Below are positions 1 to 9,815 of a stretch of 64,000 nt of DNA, piece by piece. The stretch is from the sequence record NC_027399.1; one strand, written 5' to 3'. The notes under the pieces were generated by a model. It searched no databases. It was given only the letters and a program-made list of their open reading frames with translations, and had not been told where the DNA came from. Every line of letters begins with the position of its first letter. The first letter of the stretch is position 1. The position numbers were made by a program, and so were the translations under genes.

Positions 1-18
1 TATAAAATTTGATATAAT

Positions 19-46
19 AAAAGCCTCCCTTCGTGGAGGCTTTTTT
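19..46 (+). terminator. Intrinsic terminator
   Basis: AAAAGCCTCC-CTTCGT-GGAGGC-TTTTTTT hairpin plus T-run. Confidence 0.85.
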
Positions 47-72
47 CGTTCTTTTTTAATTTAAATTGAGTC

Positions 73-101
73 TTGACAAATAATACATTTTTATGTATAA
101 T
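73..101 (+). promoter_or_regulatory. sigma70 promoter
   Basis: TTGACA-17bp-TATAAT, perfect consensus. Confidence 0.9.
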
Positions 102-136
102 AATCCTAATAATTAGAAAAGTATCAGGTGTGATTT

Positions 137-721
137 ATGTTAAGTACTTTTAAGCGAGTTTATTTAAGAAACAACAAAATGCAAGTTCGTTTACACAAAG
201 ACGAAGCTGATTCGTTTATGGCTAAAGCTATTGTTAAATCTGAATTGTACAAACGCCTTTCACCAAAAGAAAGCTCGCCATATGGATTTAATCACCCACA
301 CAGCCATTATGTTGGATTGGTGTGTGAACACGCTGCTTATGTGTTGTTCACGGAACTGGAAGAAATGACTGGCATCAAATACGATATCGATCCAGCATTC
401 CAGAATAGTAAAAGAGATGGTGAATGTGATTTAATTGTTAACAATCTACGTATAGAAGTGAAGGGTATTAAGTACAAATCATGGACTAATTATGGTCCGT
501 GTATCAGTACAAGACAATTAAAGAATATTGAGAAAAAAGCAGATATCATTCTGTGGGTTTTGTATAATGAAAAACGTCATGAATTTTCGTTTGAAGGTTT
601 TAATTATGTAAAAGATGTACATACTGTACCAGTTAAAATTACTGGTGCTAAAGGTAAACCACAAATTAAAAATCATCCAGTTATTGATATTATTAAACCA
701 TTACAGGAATTACCAATATGA
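137..721 (+). CDS. PD-(D/E)XK restriction-endonuclease-like protein
   Basis: GLVCEHA helix, then DGECDLIV...RIEVKG: E...D...ExK motif order. Confidence 0.6.
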   Translation: MLSTFKRVYLRNNKMQVRLHKDEADSFMAKAIVKSELYKRLSPKESSPYGFNHPHSHYVGLVCEHAAYVLFTELEEMTGIKYDIDPAFQNSKRDGECDLIVNNLRIEVKGIKYKSWTNYGPCISTRQLKNIEKKADIILWVLYNEKRHEFSFEGFNYVKDVHTVPVKITGAKGKPQIKNHPVIDIIKPLQELPI

Positions 722-975
722 TCAAATGTAATATCGTAGTGTATAATTATGAGATTAATTCACGCGATGGAAGTGAAGAATTAGTGAATTCATATTTAGA
801 ATATGTAGTTAATTTTCCAGTACTGCCAGCGATTGGTTCTGAATTGAAAATTTATACATACAATGAAAAAGTATATGTAGTACTGGATATTGAATACAGA
901 ACACGTATTATGGACTGTCATAATGTTGACAATCCAAGTACTATGGAAATTAATATCATTGTTAAGGAAGTATAA
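718..975 (+). CDS. Hypothetical protein
   Basis: ATGA overlap with upstream gene; LPAIGSEL motif resembles next ORF (LPRTGEL). Confidence 0.75.
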   Translation: MIKCNIVVYNYEINSRDGSEELVNSYLEYVVNFPVLPAIGSELKIYTYNEKVYVVLDIEYRTRIMDCHNVDNPSTMEINIIVKEV

Positions 976-1217
976 TGAACCAACAATACATGATTAAAGT
1001 GGTTTTGTACAAAAATGATAATCAGAGAACTAAAATCTGTTCTTCTTATGTTCAGTCATTACCAAGAACCGGAGAACTTATTACAGTACTTAATGATAAA
1101 TTCATTGTTGAACAGATTGAACACACACTGTATCCAATTAGTACAACCGATACTGTTTCGTGGAATATGAATCAACATTCTGAATCTGGTATTGCTATTA
1201 TTTGTACAAAAACATAA
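975..1217 (+). CDS. Hypothetical protein
   Basis: TAATG coupling; probable paralog of 718..975. Confidence 0.75.
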   Translation: MNQQYMIKVVLYKNDNQRTKICSSYVQSLPRTGELITVLNDKFIVEQIEHTLYPISTTDTVSWNMNQHSESGIAIICTKT

Positions 1218-1227
1218 GGTACCACAT

Positions 1228-1674
1228 ATGATGTATTTTATATTTCTGTACTTAATATGTCACCTTGTTATTGTTACTATTATGGACAGACATTCACACT
1301 TTGGATATAGTTATAAAGTTGCTAAGATTTATGGTTTTAAATCTTATTTTGTTGCACTATTTTATAGTTATATACTCGATCCAAAGTATATGATATTGTC
1401 TCTTATACTACAAAAAGAAGCAAACATTGATACTATTTCTAAAATAGAATTCGTATGTAGGCGATTTCTTAATTCAGATGATAAATGTTCAGTTAAATTT
1501 CATTCGGATAAAGTTATTTTTGTATATAACAATGTATTCACTTGTGGTATTGAATTAAATCAGGTATTAGGTATAGTTGATATTTCATGGAATCATAACG
1601 TCATTATGCATCCAAGAACTATCAAGCTAATAGAAGCATGTAAAATAAAAGTTGACAGCGACACAAAGAGATGA
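1228..1674 (+). CDS. Hypothetical membrane protein
   Basis: ATG after AAGGT; hydrophobic N-terminus. Confidence 0.7.
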   Translation: MMYFIFLYLICHLVIVTIMDRHSHFGYSYKVAKIYGFKSYFVALFYSYILDPKYMILSLILQKEANIDTISKIEFVCRRFLNSDDKCSVKFHSDKVIFVYNNVFTCGIELNQVLGIVDISWNHNVIMHPRTIKLIEACKIKVDSDTKR

Positions 1675-1710
1675 TATTATATAGAATAAACACATATTAA
1701 AGAGGTGTAT

Positions 1711-2178
1711 ATGGATGCTTTAGCTACTCTATTCAAACTGAATACTTCAGAAAAAGAAGGTTATTTGAGTATCAGTGATCTTGAAAATACAAGTGAATAT
1801 ATTTTCAAAAATACAATCAAAATTAAAGCTAATAAGGATAAAAGCAATACACATTTCACAAAATGGATTGCTTATTGGGAGGGTGTTAATTTCGCAGTTG
1901 AAATGACAGTTCTACCAAAAGTATTAAGTACCGGATTTGTTAAAGTTGTTATTATTGATAAAAATCTTCGACCAATTTCAGAAATTGGTGAATACCCGGT
2001 TAAGGGTACTAAAGTTTTTGGTACCATGATCAATAATAAGTTCATGATCGAAAAAACAAAAACTCAATACATCAATCAGGTTATTTCTGAATTCGAGAAC
2101 AAACCTAAACCAAAAACTAAAACTGAAACCAATGAAGAATATGTTAATAAAATTAAAGAAGCATGGGGATTGAAATAA
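1711..2178 (+). CDS. Hypothetical protein
   Basis: GAGGTG SD; promoter-like TTGACA..GATATT upstream. Confidence 0.8.
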   Translation: MDALATLFKLNTSEKEGYLSISDLENTSEYIFKNTIKIKANKDKSNTHFTKWIAYWEGVNFAVEMTVLPKVLSTGFVKVVIIDKNLRPISEIGEYPVKGTKVFGTMINNKFMIEKTKTQYINQVISEFENKPKPKTKTETNEEYVNKIKEAWGLK

Positions 2179-2627
2179 TGTTAACTTTAAAAAATCTAAA
2201 GTACTTAATTATGATTAGTATTATCCTATTCATCTCCAATGTACCTATGGATATTTTTAAATTTGGTGACACACGATTGGGTGCATTCATTGGTGTATAT
2301 AGTTTAATATTCTGCATCATAACATTTGTGGTTGCGTTTGTTATGTTCATTGAAGATATGTATGATGATAAAGACTTTTATTTCGAATTTCTCGGAAAAG
2401 ATAGCTATTCATTTATCTGGACATTCTCTATTTTACCAGCATTAATTTATGCATTCTTTATCGCAGAGAATGGTATCATTTATGGAGTTATGGGTATCTT
2501 CTTATTTCTCTTCTGGGAAAGAATCAGAACTATTCAAAACCGATATGCTCAAGAATATCGTGATGAAGAACTAAAAAATGAAGCAATGCGTAAGAACTAT
2601 CCACCCGAAGAGGTAGAAATTAAATGA
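2178..2627 (+). CDS. Hypothetical membrane protein
   Basis: TAATG coupling; about 4 hydrophobic segments. Confidence 0.8.
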   Translation: MLTLKNLKYLIMISIILFISNVPMDIFKFGDTRLGAFIGVYSLIFCIITFVVAFVMFIEDMYDDKDFYFEFLGKDSYSFIWTFSILPALIYAFFIAENGIIYGVMGIFLFLFWERIRTIQNRYAQEYRDEELKNEAMRKNYPPEEVEIK

Positions 2628-3052
2628 GTACTTATTTGAAAATTACACTATTTGTTTTTATTGTATTTCTTATTCAGTTATATGGTATTCTTGTACATAA
2701 CTACAATTTACCTTCATTTCTGAATGAATCTTGGTATATTGGTTCTTTTTGGGTTGCTGGAGCATTGGGTGTACTTGGGGTAATTCTGTCAATTGCAATA
2801 ATCAGTACTACCGATAACGATGCAGACAAAGAGACTACTATTAAAATGTTCGGATTTGATGAACTTAGTCCGTGGATTTATAGTAGACCATTCCTTTTAT
2901 TGGCTATCGTATTTGTACAGCTAGGTTCTCTATGGGTTGCTGTTTTCTGTTTTAGTGTGTGGTCTTACCAGACTCTTCAGATTGGTGAACACCGCGACTA
3001 TTTGATTGAAAAGCTAACAAAAGAGGCAGAAAAAGGCACCAAAAATCATTAA
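2624..3052 (+). CDS. Hypothetical membrane protein
   Basis: ATGA overlap; about 4 hydrophobic segments; probable paralog of previous gene. Confidence 0.8.
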   Translation: MSTYLKITLFVFIVFLIQLYGILVHNYNLPSFLNESWYIGSFWVAGALGVLGVILSIAIISTTDNDADKETTIKMFGFDELSPWIYSRPFLLLAIVFVQLGSLWVAVFCFSVWSYQTLQIGEHRDYLIEKLTKEAEKGTKNH

Positions 3053-3122
3053 TCATTGACAAGTGTGCTTCACATGAGGTAATATCATTACCTCATTTTA
3101 ATTCAAAAGAAGGAATGCAACC

Positions 3123-3425
3123 ATGAAAGATATTCTCATTGCAGTTGATGGTAGTGCTAAAACAATATCAAAAGGTATGCGTCTCTCCGTAGCCAAAACC
3201 CTTAGTAATGTATGCCCTGATTCTAAAATTTTATTTTGTCAAATTACAGACAAAAATATTATCGAATTAGATATTGATTTATTCTTTAAGTATGATCATC
3301 TTTTGTGTGGCACAAAAGCAAATATTGATCTGATATATTTAATTGATGATTTTGATCATAAATTCCTTATCACAGATAACAGTAATATTGAAAGTTCTGA
3401 AAACCTCAATGTAGTACTTTACTAA
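3123..3425 (+). CDS. Hypothetical protein
   Basis: AAGGA SD, promoter upstream. Confidence 0.8.
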   Translation: MKDILIAVDGSAKTISKGMRLSVAKTLSNVCPDSKILFCQITDKNIIELDIDLFFKYDHLLCGTKANIDLIYLIDDFDHKFLITDNSNIESSENLNVVLY

Positions 3426-3445
3426 TCAACTGGAGATGTATTATA

Positions 3446-3901
3446 ATGCAAAAACTCAATGCATGGGTAGAGAATACCAGGATTTATCCACCTTCTGAAA
3501 TGTTTTATCAGGCTGACTCAAAACAAGCAAAGGCCGAGAAACGCATTGTAAGCATCTGTGAAGAGCTTTATGTTTTTACCTGTACTACCCTAAGCGATAT
3601 GAGAGCGGCCTACACAGAGCTTTCTATGGCGGTTAGAATGGGTATTTCGGATATGCGTCAGGTTTATGTAGAAGAAATTTGTGGAAAGACTGCATTTCAT
3701 ATTGATAATGCAGTAAAAGCATTAGACACTATGCATAAGCGAGATCCACTTCTACAGGATTATTATAAAGAATGGTCATGTAAATCAAAGGATTTAAAAG
3801 ATGAAATTAAATCTACACTGATCAATGCTTTTCCGGGTGTTGATAAATCTGTACTTTTATCAAACCTACAGTACTGGTACGATAAAGAGAGTGAAAAATG
3901 A
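3446..3901 (+). CDS. Hypothetical protein
   Basis: GGAG SD. Confidence 0.8.
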   Translation: MQKLNAWVENTRIYPPSEMFYQADSKQAKAEKRIVSICEELYVFTCTTLSDMRAAYTELSMAVRMGISDMRQVYVEEICGKTAFHIDNAVKALDTMHKRDPLLQDYYKEWSCKSKDLKDEIKSTLINAFPGVDKSVLLSNLQYWYDKESEK

Positions 3902-4410
3902 CAACTGTTTACATCGATAAACGTTGTGGATTAGCAATGACAGATTCAAGAGTTACATCTACAATAGAACGTGCTTTTTTTGGTATCTTTCCATTGCAAT
4001 CAAAAAATCAATACAGTAAAGTACTCCAAAAATCAATGTACATCCACGACCGATTATTTTTAAGTTGTGGTACAGTATCTGAGATTAACAAGGTACTAAG
4101 GTATTTGGTTGAACAAAAACCAATAGTACCAAGTAGAAAAGATGGATGCCACTGTCTTTTACTTGATAAAGAGTATTGTATTAATTTTGTAATTCACAAT
4201 GGTGTACTGAAAAAGTTTGTACAATTCATTGATAAAAATTATGTATTCAGTATGGGTAGTGGTTCTTCTCATATGAGAAATACATTTAATGATATCGGTT
4301 CATTAAAATTAAATAATATGTCATTATCGGAATACGTTATTGATGAATTCAGTAAAGTATCAGAAAAAGATATATATACTGATAATAATATTAATTTATA
4401 CAAAATTTGA
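3898..4410 (+). CDS. HslV/proteasome-beta-like Ntn hydrolase (putative)
   Basis: N-terminal M-TT...DSR.T, later K, GSGS and D.YT pattern typical of Thr-nucleophile Ntn proteases. Confidence 0.5.
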   Translation: MTTVYIDKRCGLAMTDSRVTSTIERAFFGIFPLQSKNQYSKVLQKSMYIHDRLFLSCGTVSEINKVLRYLVEQKPIVPSRKDGCHCLLLDKEYCINFVIHNGVLKKFVQFIDKNYVFSMGSGSSHMRNTFNDIGSLKLNNMSLSEYVIDEFSKVSEKDIYTDNNINLYKI

Positions 4411-4417
4411 TTAATTT

Positions 4418-4445
4418 AAAGACCAAATTGAATTTGGTCTTTTTT
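4418..4445 (+). terminator. Intrinsic terminator
   Basis: AAAGACCAAATT-GAA-TTTGGTC-TTTTTT. Confidence 0.8.
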
Positions 4446-4473
4446 GTTTTATTACATATAAAAAGGATGAATA

Positions 4474-5373
4474 ATGAAAGAAGTTGATCTAAATGAACTA
4501 AGTGCTGAAATCATGGAAACATTATTTGATGAATCTGATATTGAGCAATCAAAAAATATTAAGAGTACAAAAGATAATAATATCAGTCTCAAACATCCAA
4601 CTGGTGTTACAAATGAAATGCTGTTAAATGAAATACATAATGGTATTAATGTAAAACAAAATCGTGAATTACTTATCCGTTATAATTATCCACTAGCAGT
4701 CAGTATTGCTAAACGTTGTAAATGTTATATTCCAGAAGAAGATAAAATTTCTTATGCAGTAGAGGGTCTTTTGAATTCAATTCATAATTTTGATGTTACA
4801 AAAGGTGTATTATTCAGTACTTATGCCAGTGCTTCCATTTACATGACAGTGATGAACATGAGTAATGAACATAATAATTTAGTTTATATCCCCCGCCATG
4901 TAAGTGTACATAATGTTAATATTCGTAAATTTGCAAATGAATACGAAAAGAAACACGGCAAAAAATGCAAACCTGAACTTATTTCAAAAGAACTCGGAAT
5001 TAATGTTGATACTGTTGAGTTGTGTTTGTCTTTCCAGGAAACCACATCTCTTGATACTCCAACTTCTGATGATAGTACTGCACTAATTGATACCATTGCC
5101 AGTGATTGTAACGTAGAACAAAATGACGTTGATAGTATTGTTCTGGAATTGATGAATGAACTAGAACCAAAAGAAAAGGAAATCCTTTCCAGAATTTATG
5201 GTTTGAATGGATATGCACCAGAAACCTATGATAGCTTGATTAGTACTGGATTTTATGATAAAAAGGGTAAACGTATTACTGTTCGCGGAACTTTACATTA
5301 CAAATTCAGTACTGCACTTGAGAAACTAAAGCGTTTGGTTCGTCTAAAAGGATTAACTGCCAAAGATGTTTAA
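4474..5373 (+). CDS. RNA polymerase sigma70-family factor (RpoD/RpoS-like regions 2-4)
   Basis: LLIRYNYPLAVSIAKR...EGLLNSIHNFD..KG..FSTYA (region 2), VYIPRHV, SLDTP (region 3), LEPKEKEILSRIYGL (region 4). Confidence 0.88.
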   Translation: MKEVDLNELSAEIMETLFDESDIEQSKNIKSTKDNNISLKHPTGVTNEMLLNEIHNGINVKQNRELLIRYNYPLAVSIAKRCKCYIPEEDKISYAVEGLLNSIHNFDVTKGVLFSTYASASIYMTVMNMSNEHNNLVYIPRHVSVHNVNIRKFANEYEKKHGKKCKPELISKELGINVDTVELCLSFQETTSLDTPTSDDSTALIDTIASDCNVEQNDVDSIVLELMNELEPKEKEILSRIYGLNGYAPETYDSLISTGFYDKKGKRITVRGTLHYKFSTALEKLKRLVRLKGLTAKDV

Positions 5374-5399
5374 ATTGATATTTTTTCTTTATTAAATAC

Positions 5400-5428
5400 T
5401 TGAACAAAATTTTTTACAGTGATATAAT
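5400..5428 (+). promoter_or_regulatory. sigma70 promoter driving a non-coding region
   Basis: TTGAAC-17bp-TATAAT. Confidence 0.75.
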
Positions 5429-5434
5429 GTTTGT

Positions 5435-6055
5435 AATACATGGATGTTGGACATTCTTTTTGAAAAGAACGTATGGATAAAAACCCGATTAGCCGAAAAT
5501 GTAACGCTACGGATGAGTATAACCAACATATACGAGATGCAGAGGATACCCGAAAGGCGAGACGGCATCTAAAAGGATAGGAAATAGCACTGCCTATCCC
5601 AAGCTTACATTAGGCTTGATAGATCGCAAATCTGGTTGAGTCCAGACAAATAAAGAGTGTAAGGGAGATTATTTTCTTTTAGATATTTTGGAAATAATCA
5701 CAGTATTGAATTGCTTGAATAGTTCGGTACTGAAGTGCAAGTATGTTTAAACTTGTGACCGTTGCATGTGACTGCGATAGGACGAAACAGGGCAACCCGC
5801 GTTCGTGTACCAAAAAGTATAATTCGCAATTCAAGGAATTTCGACAGCTACGAGCTTCAAGGCTTAGCTTTTTTATTTCTCTTCCCCTCCCTGTGGGGGG
5901 ATGAAAATATCTCGTGCAAACGCCTTCAAGTATTGAAATTCACGAAGTGAATTGAAATTACTTGTTCTGTAGTCGAACGACAGTGAGACGTGAGAACAAG
6001 TAATTTCTGCATGTATCAACGAAGTGCAAACGGAGTTGATACATAGCACTTTAAA
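5435..6055 (+). ncRNA. Long structured non-coding element of unknown family
   Basis: No credible ORF, higher GC, more than 10 hairpins (AGATGC/GCATCT, GATAGG/CCTATC, GAAATTACTTGTTCT/AGAACAAGTAATTTC, ATGTATCAAC/GTTGATACAT). Confidence 0.55.
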
Positions 6056-6119
6056 ACATTATTGAATTCAATAATTAATATTATTATGGTTATTGAAGAA
6101 ATCAAATCGGAGTACTGAA

Positions 6120-6320
6120 ATGAACACTATTATTTTTTTGATTATACTGAGTACTGGAACAACTACTACGGTAATTAAAGAAATGCCTTCTTTGGTACAA
6201 TGTAAAGTAATTATGAATTCCGTTTATACACAACAAAAAGAAAAGCAAAAAGAAACAAGTAAAACGGATTACTATTGTTTGAATTCAACAACCAACACTA
6301 AGTACTATCCAGATGAGTGA
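6120..6320 (+). CDS. Small hypothetical protein with hydrophobic N-terminus
   Basis: GGAG SD; paralog-like to 8243..8443. Confidence 0.7.
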   Translation: MNTIIFLIILSTGTTTTVIKEMPSLVQCKVIMNSVYTQQKEKQKETSKTDYYCLNSTTNTKYYPDE

Positions 6321-6519
6321 GTTCACATTTCTTTGTACTTTTTATTATTATACTTCTGCTACTTCAAAGAAGTATGTAAAAGAAGAAATAAACGTATATA
6401 CCAGTTCAGTACAAAAAGCTATTTGCGAGATACATTTGTACTTAGTTTGTTGTGAAGTAATTGATATAGAATACATACCGTACAGGAATAAATCTAATGA
6501 CTTTAAGACTAATTACTGA
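6313..6519 (+). CDS. Hypothetical protein
   Basis: Overlapping co-oriented ORF. Confidence 0.6.
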   Translation: MSEFTFLCTFYYYTSATSKKYVKEEINVYTSSVQKAICEIHLYLVCCEVIDIEYIPYRNKSNDFKTNY

Positions 6520-7387
6520 AGTAGATAAATCAGTAAGTGAATTATCAACTGAAGAATTGAATAAGTTGGACTGGAGTTCAGTCCCAAAATCACAACTTCT
6601 TTCTATTTCAGATGATCGTTTGATGAAATGTCCCATCGACATTTTAACCCAAAGTTATTCTTGTGATAACTATAGCAATGATTTGTGTTTATATATACTC
6701 ACTTCTAAAATAAAGAAGTGCAAAGATTTTCGAAATGGTTATGCATTATATCATCTATTAAGTAATTTTTTTAATCCAGATTTTATCAAGAATAATAAAA
6801 AAGAAATTCTTGAAATGTTAAAACGACATGAAGAGATTCATAGTACTGTTACGTTTCCATCAGTTATTCAATACTTGATGAAACATGGAATCATTTCATT
6901 TTTTGATTTAAATATGACATTTGAAACAATCAATGACACATGGGATGCCTTGGAATCCGATATTCCACAGGAAGATTGGATTAAATTAATCACACGTACA
7001 AATTACCTGTACTCAACACTCACTGAACACCATTCAATACAGAATAATGTAATACCATTAAGTACTGAAAACTTATGGAAATGTGGGATTAAAATTAATC
7101 CAGTTGTTGATCTGTCGTGGGTTAAAAATGGCACATATGAATGTGATGATGATTATGTAGACATTTTACTGGAAGATTTAATAGAACAATTAAATTGTAC
7201 TTCAATCACATGGGATGAAGTGCTAGAAAAATTCAATACATATAAACTTGATAGGGACAACAATCCCCCTTATGGTGTTAATTTTATCAGTACTGTATGG
7301 GAACATCACATAATTGACACAAAGTTTGAATTGAACAGAGATGATTTTTTCAAGAAAAATTTACATCTTTACAAAACTATTGGATAA
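6497..7387 (+). CDS. Hypothetical protein (296 aa)
   Basis: Long ORF with AGGA SD. Confidence 0.85.
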   Translation: MTLRLITEVDKSVSELSTEELNKLDWSSVPKSQLLSISDDRLMKCPIDILTQSYSCDNYSNDLCLYILTSKIKKCKDFRNGYALYHLLSNFFNPDFIKNNKKEILEMLKRHEEIHSTVTFPSVIQYLMKHGIISFFDLNMTFETINDTWDALESDIPQEDWIKLITRTNYLYSTLTEHHSIQNNVIPLSTENLWKCGIKINPVVDLSWVKNGTYECDDDYVDILLEDLIEQLNCTSITWDEVLEKFNTYKLDRDNNPPYGVNFISTVWEHHIIDTKFELNRDDFFKKNLHLYKTIG

Positions 7388-7453
7388 AAAGTCTTGACAT
7401 GGAGTACTATTTGAGTAATAATACTCCTATCTTAATTTAATGAGGAAACACTG

Positions 7454-7618
7454 ATGAAAACTCTATTACTTATTGTAGTCGTGGCTTTTGGTGCATGGTG
7501 GTTTTCTGAAAATTTCAGTATAACTTCAAAAAATGAACCACAACCTGTTCCACAAGAAGTACATACAGATTCTATTGGAACTAAGGTTGATAAAATAATT
7601 AAAGTAATTACGGAATAA
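7454..7618 (+). CDS. Small membrane-anchored protein (not in ORF track)
   Basis: GAGGA SD, own promoter; MKTLLLIVVVAFGAWWF... Confidence 0.7.
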   Translation: MKTLLLIVVVAFGAWWFSENFSITSKNEPQPVPQEVHTDSIGTKVDKIIKVITE

Positions 7619-7623
7619 ATGTT

Positions 7624-8016
7624 ATGGGATTAGATGTAACTGAAGCTCAAAGAATATTAGAAAACCTCAGAGAAATTAATTCAAAATTTGAACGTAATAA
7701 TCTCTGTACTGAATGGGATAAAAAACTACCCAATAGATTTAGTGAAATCACTAATGAAATTTTATTCAGTACTGGTTTAGTTTGGATTGAACATACTTCT
7801 CTATATAATGTTACGTATCGCCATGAAGGTTATGTTGTTGAATACAATGAATATCTGGATCAGGGTATGAAAGTACTCAAAATGTGGAGTACTGTTTATA
7901 ACGAGCTAGTAATTATCTGGATTAATGACAGTAATGGTGTTGACTTTGGTGATTTAGAAGAAAGCACTACTAAGGTAGCACCGATTTTCGTTGGTTTGTC
8001 TGATAATATCATGTAA
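7624..8016 (+). CDS. Hypothetical protein
   Basis: Co-oriented ORF. Confidence 0.75.
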   Translation: MGLDVTEAQRILENLREINSKFERNNLCTEWDKKLPNRFSEITNEILFSTGLVWIEHTSLYNVTYRHEGYVVEYNEYLDQGMKVLKMWSTVYNELVIIWINDSNGVDFGDLEESTTKVAPIFVGLSDNIM

Positions 8017-8033
8017 GTATTAAAAGAAAGGTT

Positions 8034-8246
8034 TTGACAATGAATGAAAAATTGGCTTTAATTTGGAAAAGTGGTTATGACTTTAAAGTAACACCAAAGG
8101 AACTTAGAGTATTTCGTACTGAATACTGTGAGTATCTTGATTTAGACCAGTATAATACCATTGTTCGTATTGAACACAATGGTGATGTTGAAGGTCATAT
8201 CAGTGAAGTACTTGATAAAGCTATTTCAATTATTGGGGTAAAATGA
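8034..8246 (+). CDS. Hypothetical protein
   Basis: Co-oriented ORF; ATG at 8040 is the likely start. Confidence 0.7.
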   Translation: MTMNEKLALIWKSGYDFKVTPKELRVFRTEYCEYLDLDQYNTIVRIEHNGDVEGHISEVLDKAISIIGVK

Positions 8247-8443
8247 TGATTAGTTTTTATTTGGCAGTGATACTTATTAATGGTAATATCGAACGAACAC
8301 TAGGAAATGGGTTTTATAAAACCCCTGAAGAATGCTATACGGCGACAAATTGGCCTCGTGATAGTGAAACTCGTGAAGAATTCAAATGCATCAAAGCTAC
8401 TGGTGATTTTGTAAATTTCAAAGTGATTGAGGTAAAAAAATGA
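8243..8443 (+). CDS. Hypothetical protein
   Basis: ATGA overlap. Confidence 0.7.
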   Translation: MMISFYLAVILINGNIERTLGNGFYKTPEECYTATNWPRDSETREEFKCIKATGDFVNFKVIEVKK

Positions 8444-8721
8444 TTCTTTCAAAAGAAGAACGTGATATTGTACTACACGCTTTATATTTCCTTGAGAATG
8501 AAAGTATGCATACAGATGCTTCTATGGCGTTGATTGAACGTCTTCAGAAAGAAGAAATGCCAAAGATTTATCGTATCCGTTATCTTGATGGGTCTGGTGG
8601 TGATCGTATTGCCATTGCTGAATCACGAGAAGAAGCAGAACAAATCTTCACTGATAATTATTTGAATCCTTTTTTGATGGAAGAAGTTTGTGAAGTGAAA
8701 AATGGTACATTTATTGGTTGA
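8440..8721 (+). CDS. Hypothetical protein (MILS.EER family)
   Basis: GAGG SD; N-terminus shared with 8891 and 49726. Confidence 0.75.
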   Translation: MILSKEERDIVLHALYFLENESMHTDASMALIERLQKEEMPKIYRIRYLDGSGGDRIAIAESREEAEQIFTDNYLNPFLMEEVCEVKNGTFIG

Positions 8722-8754
8722 CAGATAATAAAAATACGGTATAATGTTTATATC

Positions 8755-8817
8755 AAGACAAGAATGGTTCTATGTGTATCTGTGAATAAGCGGTAGTTCG
8801 ATTCCCCTTCTTGTCTT
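8755..8817 (+). ncRNA. Promoter-driven stem-loop RNA with T-arm-like motif
   Basis: TTGACA(8718)/TATAAT(8740) promoter; 10-bp closing stem AAGACAAGAA/TTCTTGTCTT; internal GGTAGTTCGATTCCCC. Confidence 0.5.
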
Positions 8818-8890
8818 GTCCTTTTTTTTAATTTAACAAAGTAACTATGTTTACTCCACATAATCAATCAGTTGTTATTGAGGTGCAGAA

Positions 8891-9133
8891 ATGATTCTTT
8901 CTAATGAAGAACGTAAAATTGTTTTGCAAGCAATGAGTCTTGTGCATTTAACTACTGAACAAGAGAGAGATTTGTTTGCTCGTCTTAAAGTCGGCAATGA
9001 TTTAATTGAACGCAAAAAAGCCAGTGCTGCTCGCCATAGTCGTTTCAAAGAGCATATGCATACATTATATGGTCCTCTGTCACATTTACATAATCATGAA
9101 TATTATGATTTTTGTAAAAAGAATGAATTTTGA
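8891..9133 (+). CDS. Hypothetical protein (MILS.EER family)
   Basis: GAGGT SD. Confidence 0.75.
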   Translation: MILSNEERKIVLQAMSLVHLTTEQERDLFARLKVGNDLIERKKASAARHSRFKEHMHTLYGPLSHLHNHEYYDFCKKNEF

Positions 9134-9169
9134 GTGATAGTACCGAATCATTGAGATAGAATCTGTATC

Positions 9170-9250
9170 AAGACGGTAGCTCAAGGGAGAGCAGCAGGTA
9201 ATAACGATAAGTTCACCTGTCAGCGTGGATTAAAACACCACCCGTCGTCA
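9170..9250 (+). ncRNA. tRNA-like RNA with 17-nt anticodon loop (pseudo-tRNA)
   Basis: Acceptor AAGACGG/CCGTCGT, D-arm GCTC-AAGGGA-GAGC, stem GCAGG/CCTGT, degenerate T-arm GTGG-ATTAAAACA-CCAC; no CCA. Confidence 0.6.
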
Positions 9251-9259
9251 TTTAATTTA

Positions 9260-9475
9260 ATGAGGTATATTATGTTTACTCCAAACACATCAAATGTAGG
9301 TAAGCGTGTAGTACTGTTAGAAGATGTATCAACACTTCGTGGGACTTTCAGTAAAGGTCACGAGATGACCATCATCGGAGAAACGTCACGTGGTTGGGAT
9401 CTCGAAGATGATGATGGTAATCGCATTTTAGAAGCTGGGATGTTTGGTCATAAAGAATTTAAACTACTTGACTAA
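9260..9475 (+). CDS. Hypothetical protein
   Basis: Co-oriented ORF; start may be ATG 9272. Confidence 0.75.
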   Translation: MRYIMFTPNTSNVGKRVVLLEDVSTLRGTFSKGHEMTIIGETSRGWDLEDDDGNRILEAGMFGHKEFKLLD

Positions 9476-9527
9476 ATTATTCAGTACTGAAGTATAATTT
9501 TGTTGTCTTAACGTGAGGAAATAAAAT

Positions 9528-9656
9528 ATGATTAAAGCTGGTGTATTTGCACTCGGTGTTATGGTTGGTGGTTTTGCTCATATGCTTTATGTTGATCATA
9601 AAGCACCTGAACCTGCACCATTTGTTGAAGTACAAAAGGGATCTGTCGGTAAATAA
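9528..9656 (+). CDS. Small membrane-anchored protein (not in track)
   Basis: GAGGA SD; MIKAGVFALGVMVGGFAH... Confidence 0.6.
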   Translation: MIKAGVFALGVMVGGFAHMLYVDHKAPEPAPFVEVQKGSVGK

Positions 9657-9723
9657 AAATTAAATCATCAAGGTAATATACATAGTGATTGACAAATAAT
9701 AGCAGTGCTGCTAATATAAGAAC

Positions 9724-9791
9724 AAGACGGGGTGATAAATTAACATTAACCTTAATCGATCAACAGGTGGCTGCGGTTATCATCCCGTCTT
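9724..9791 (+). ncRNA. Promoter-driven stem-loop RNA
   Basis: TTGACA(9689)-17-TAATAT; 15-bp closing stem AAGACGGGGTGATAA/TTATCATCCCGTCTT then T-run. Confidence 0.5.
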
Positions 9792-9815
9792 TCCTTTTTA
9801 ACAATGAGGTTTATC

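Noticed and set aside
5435-6055. tmRNA, RNase P RNA or self-splicing intron identity
   Set aside because: GGAATTTCGACAG resembles the tmRNA 5' end, but no matching T-arm/CCA or tag ORF was found; no P7/S or D5 motifs and no interrupted gene
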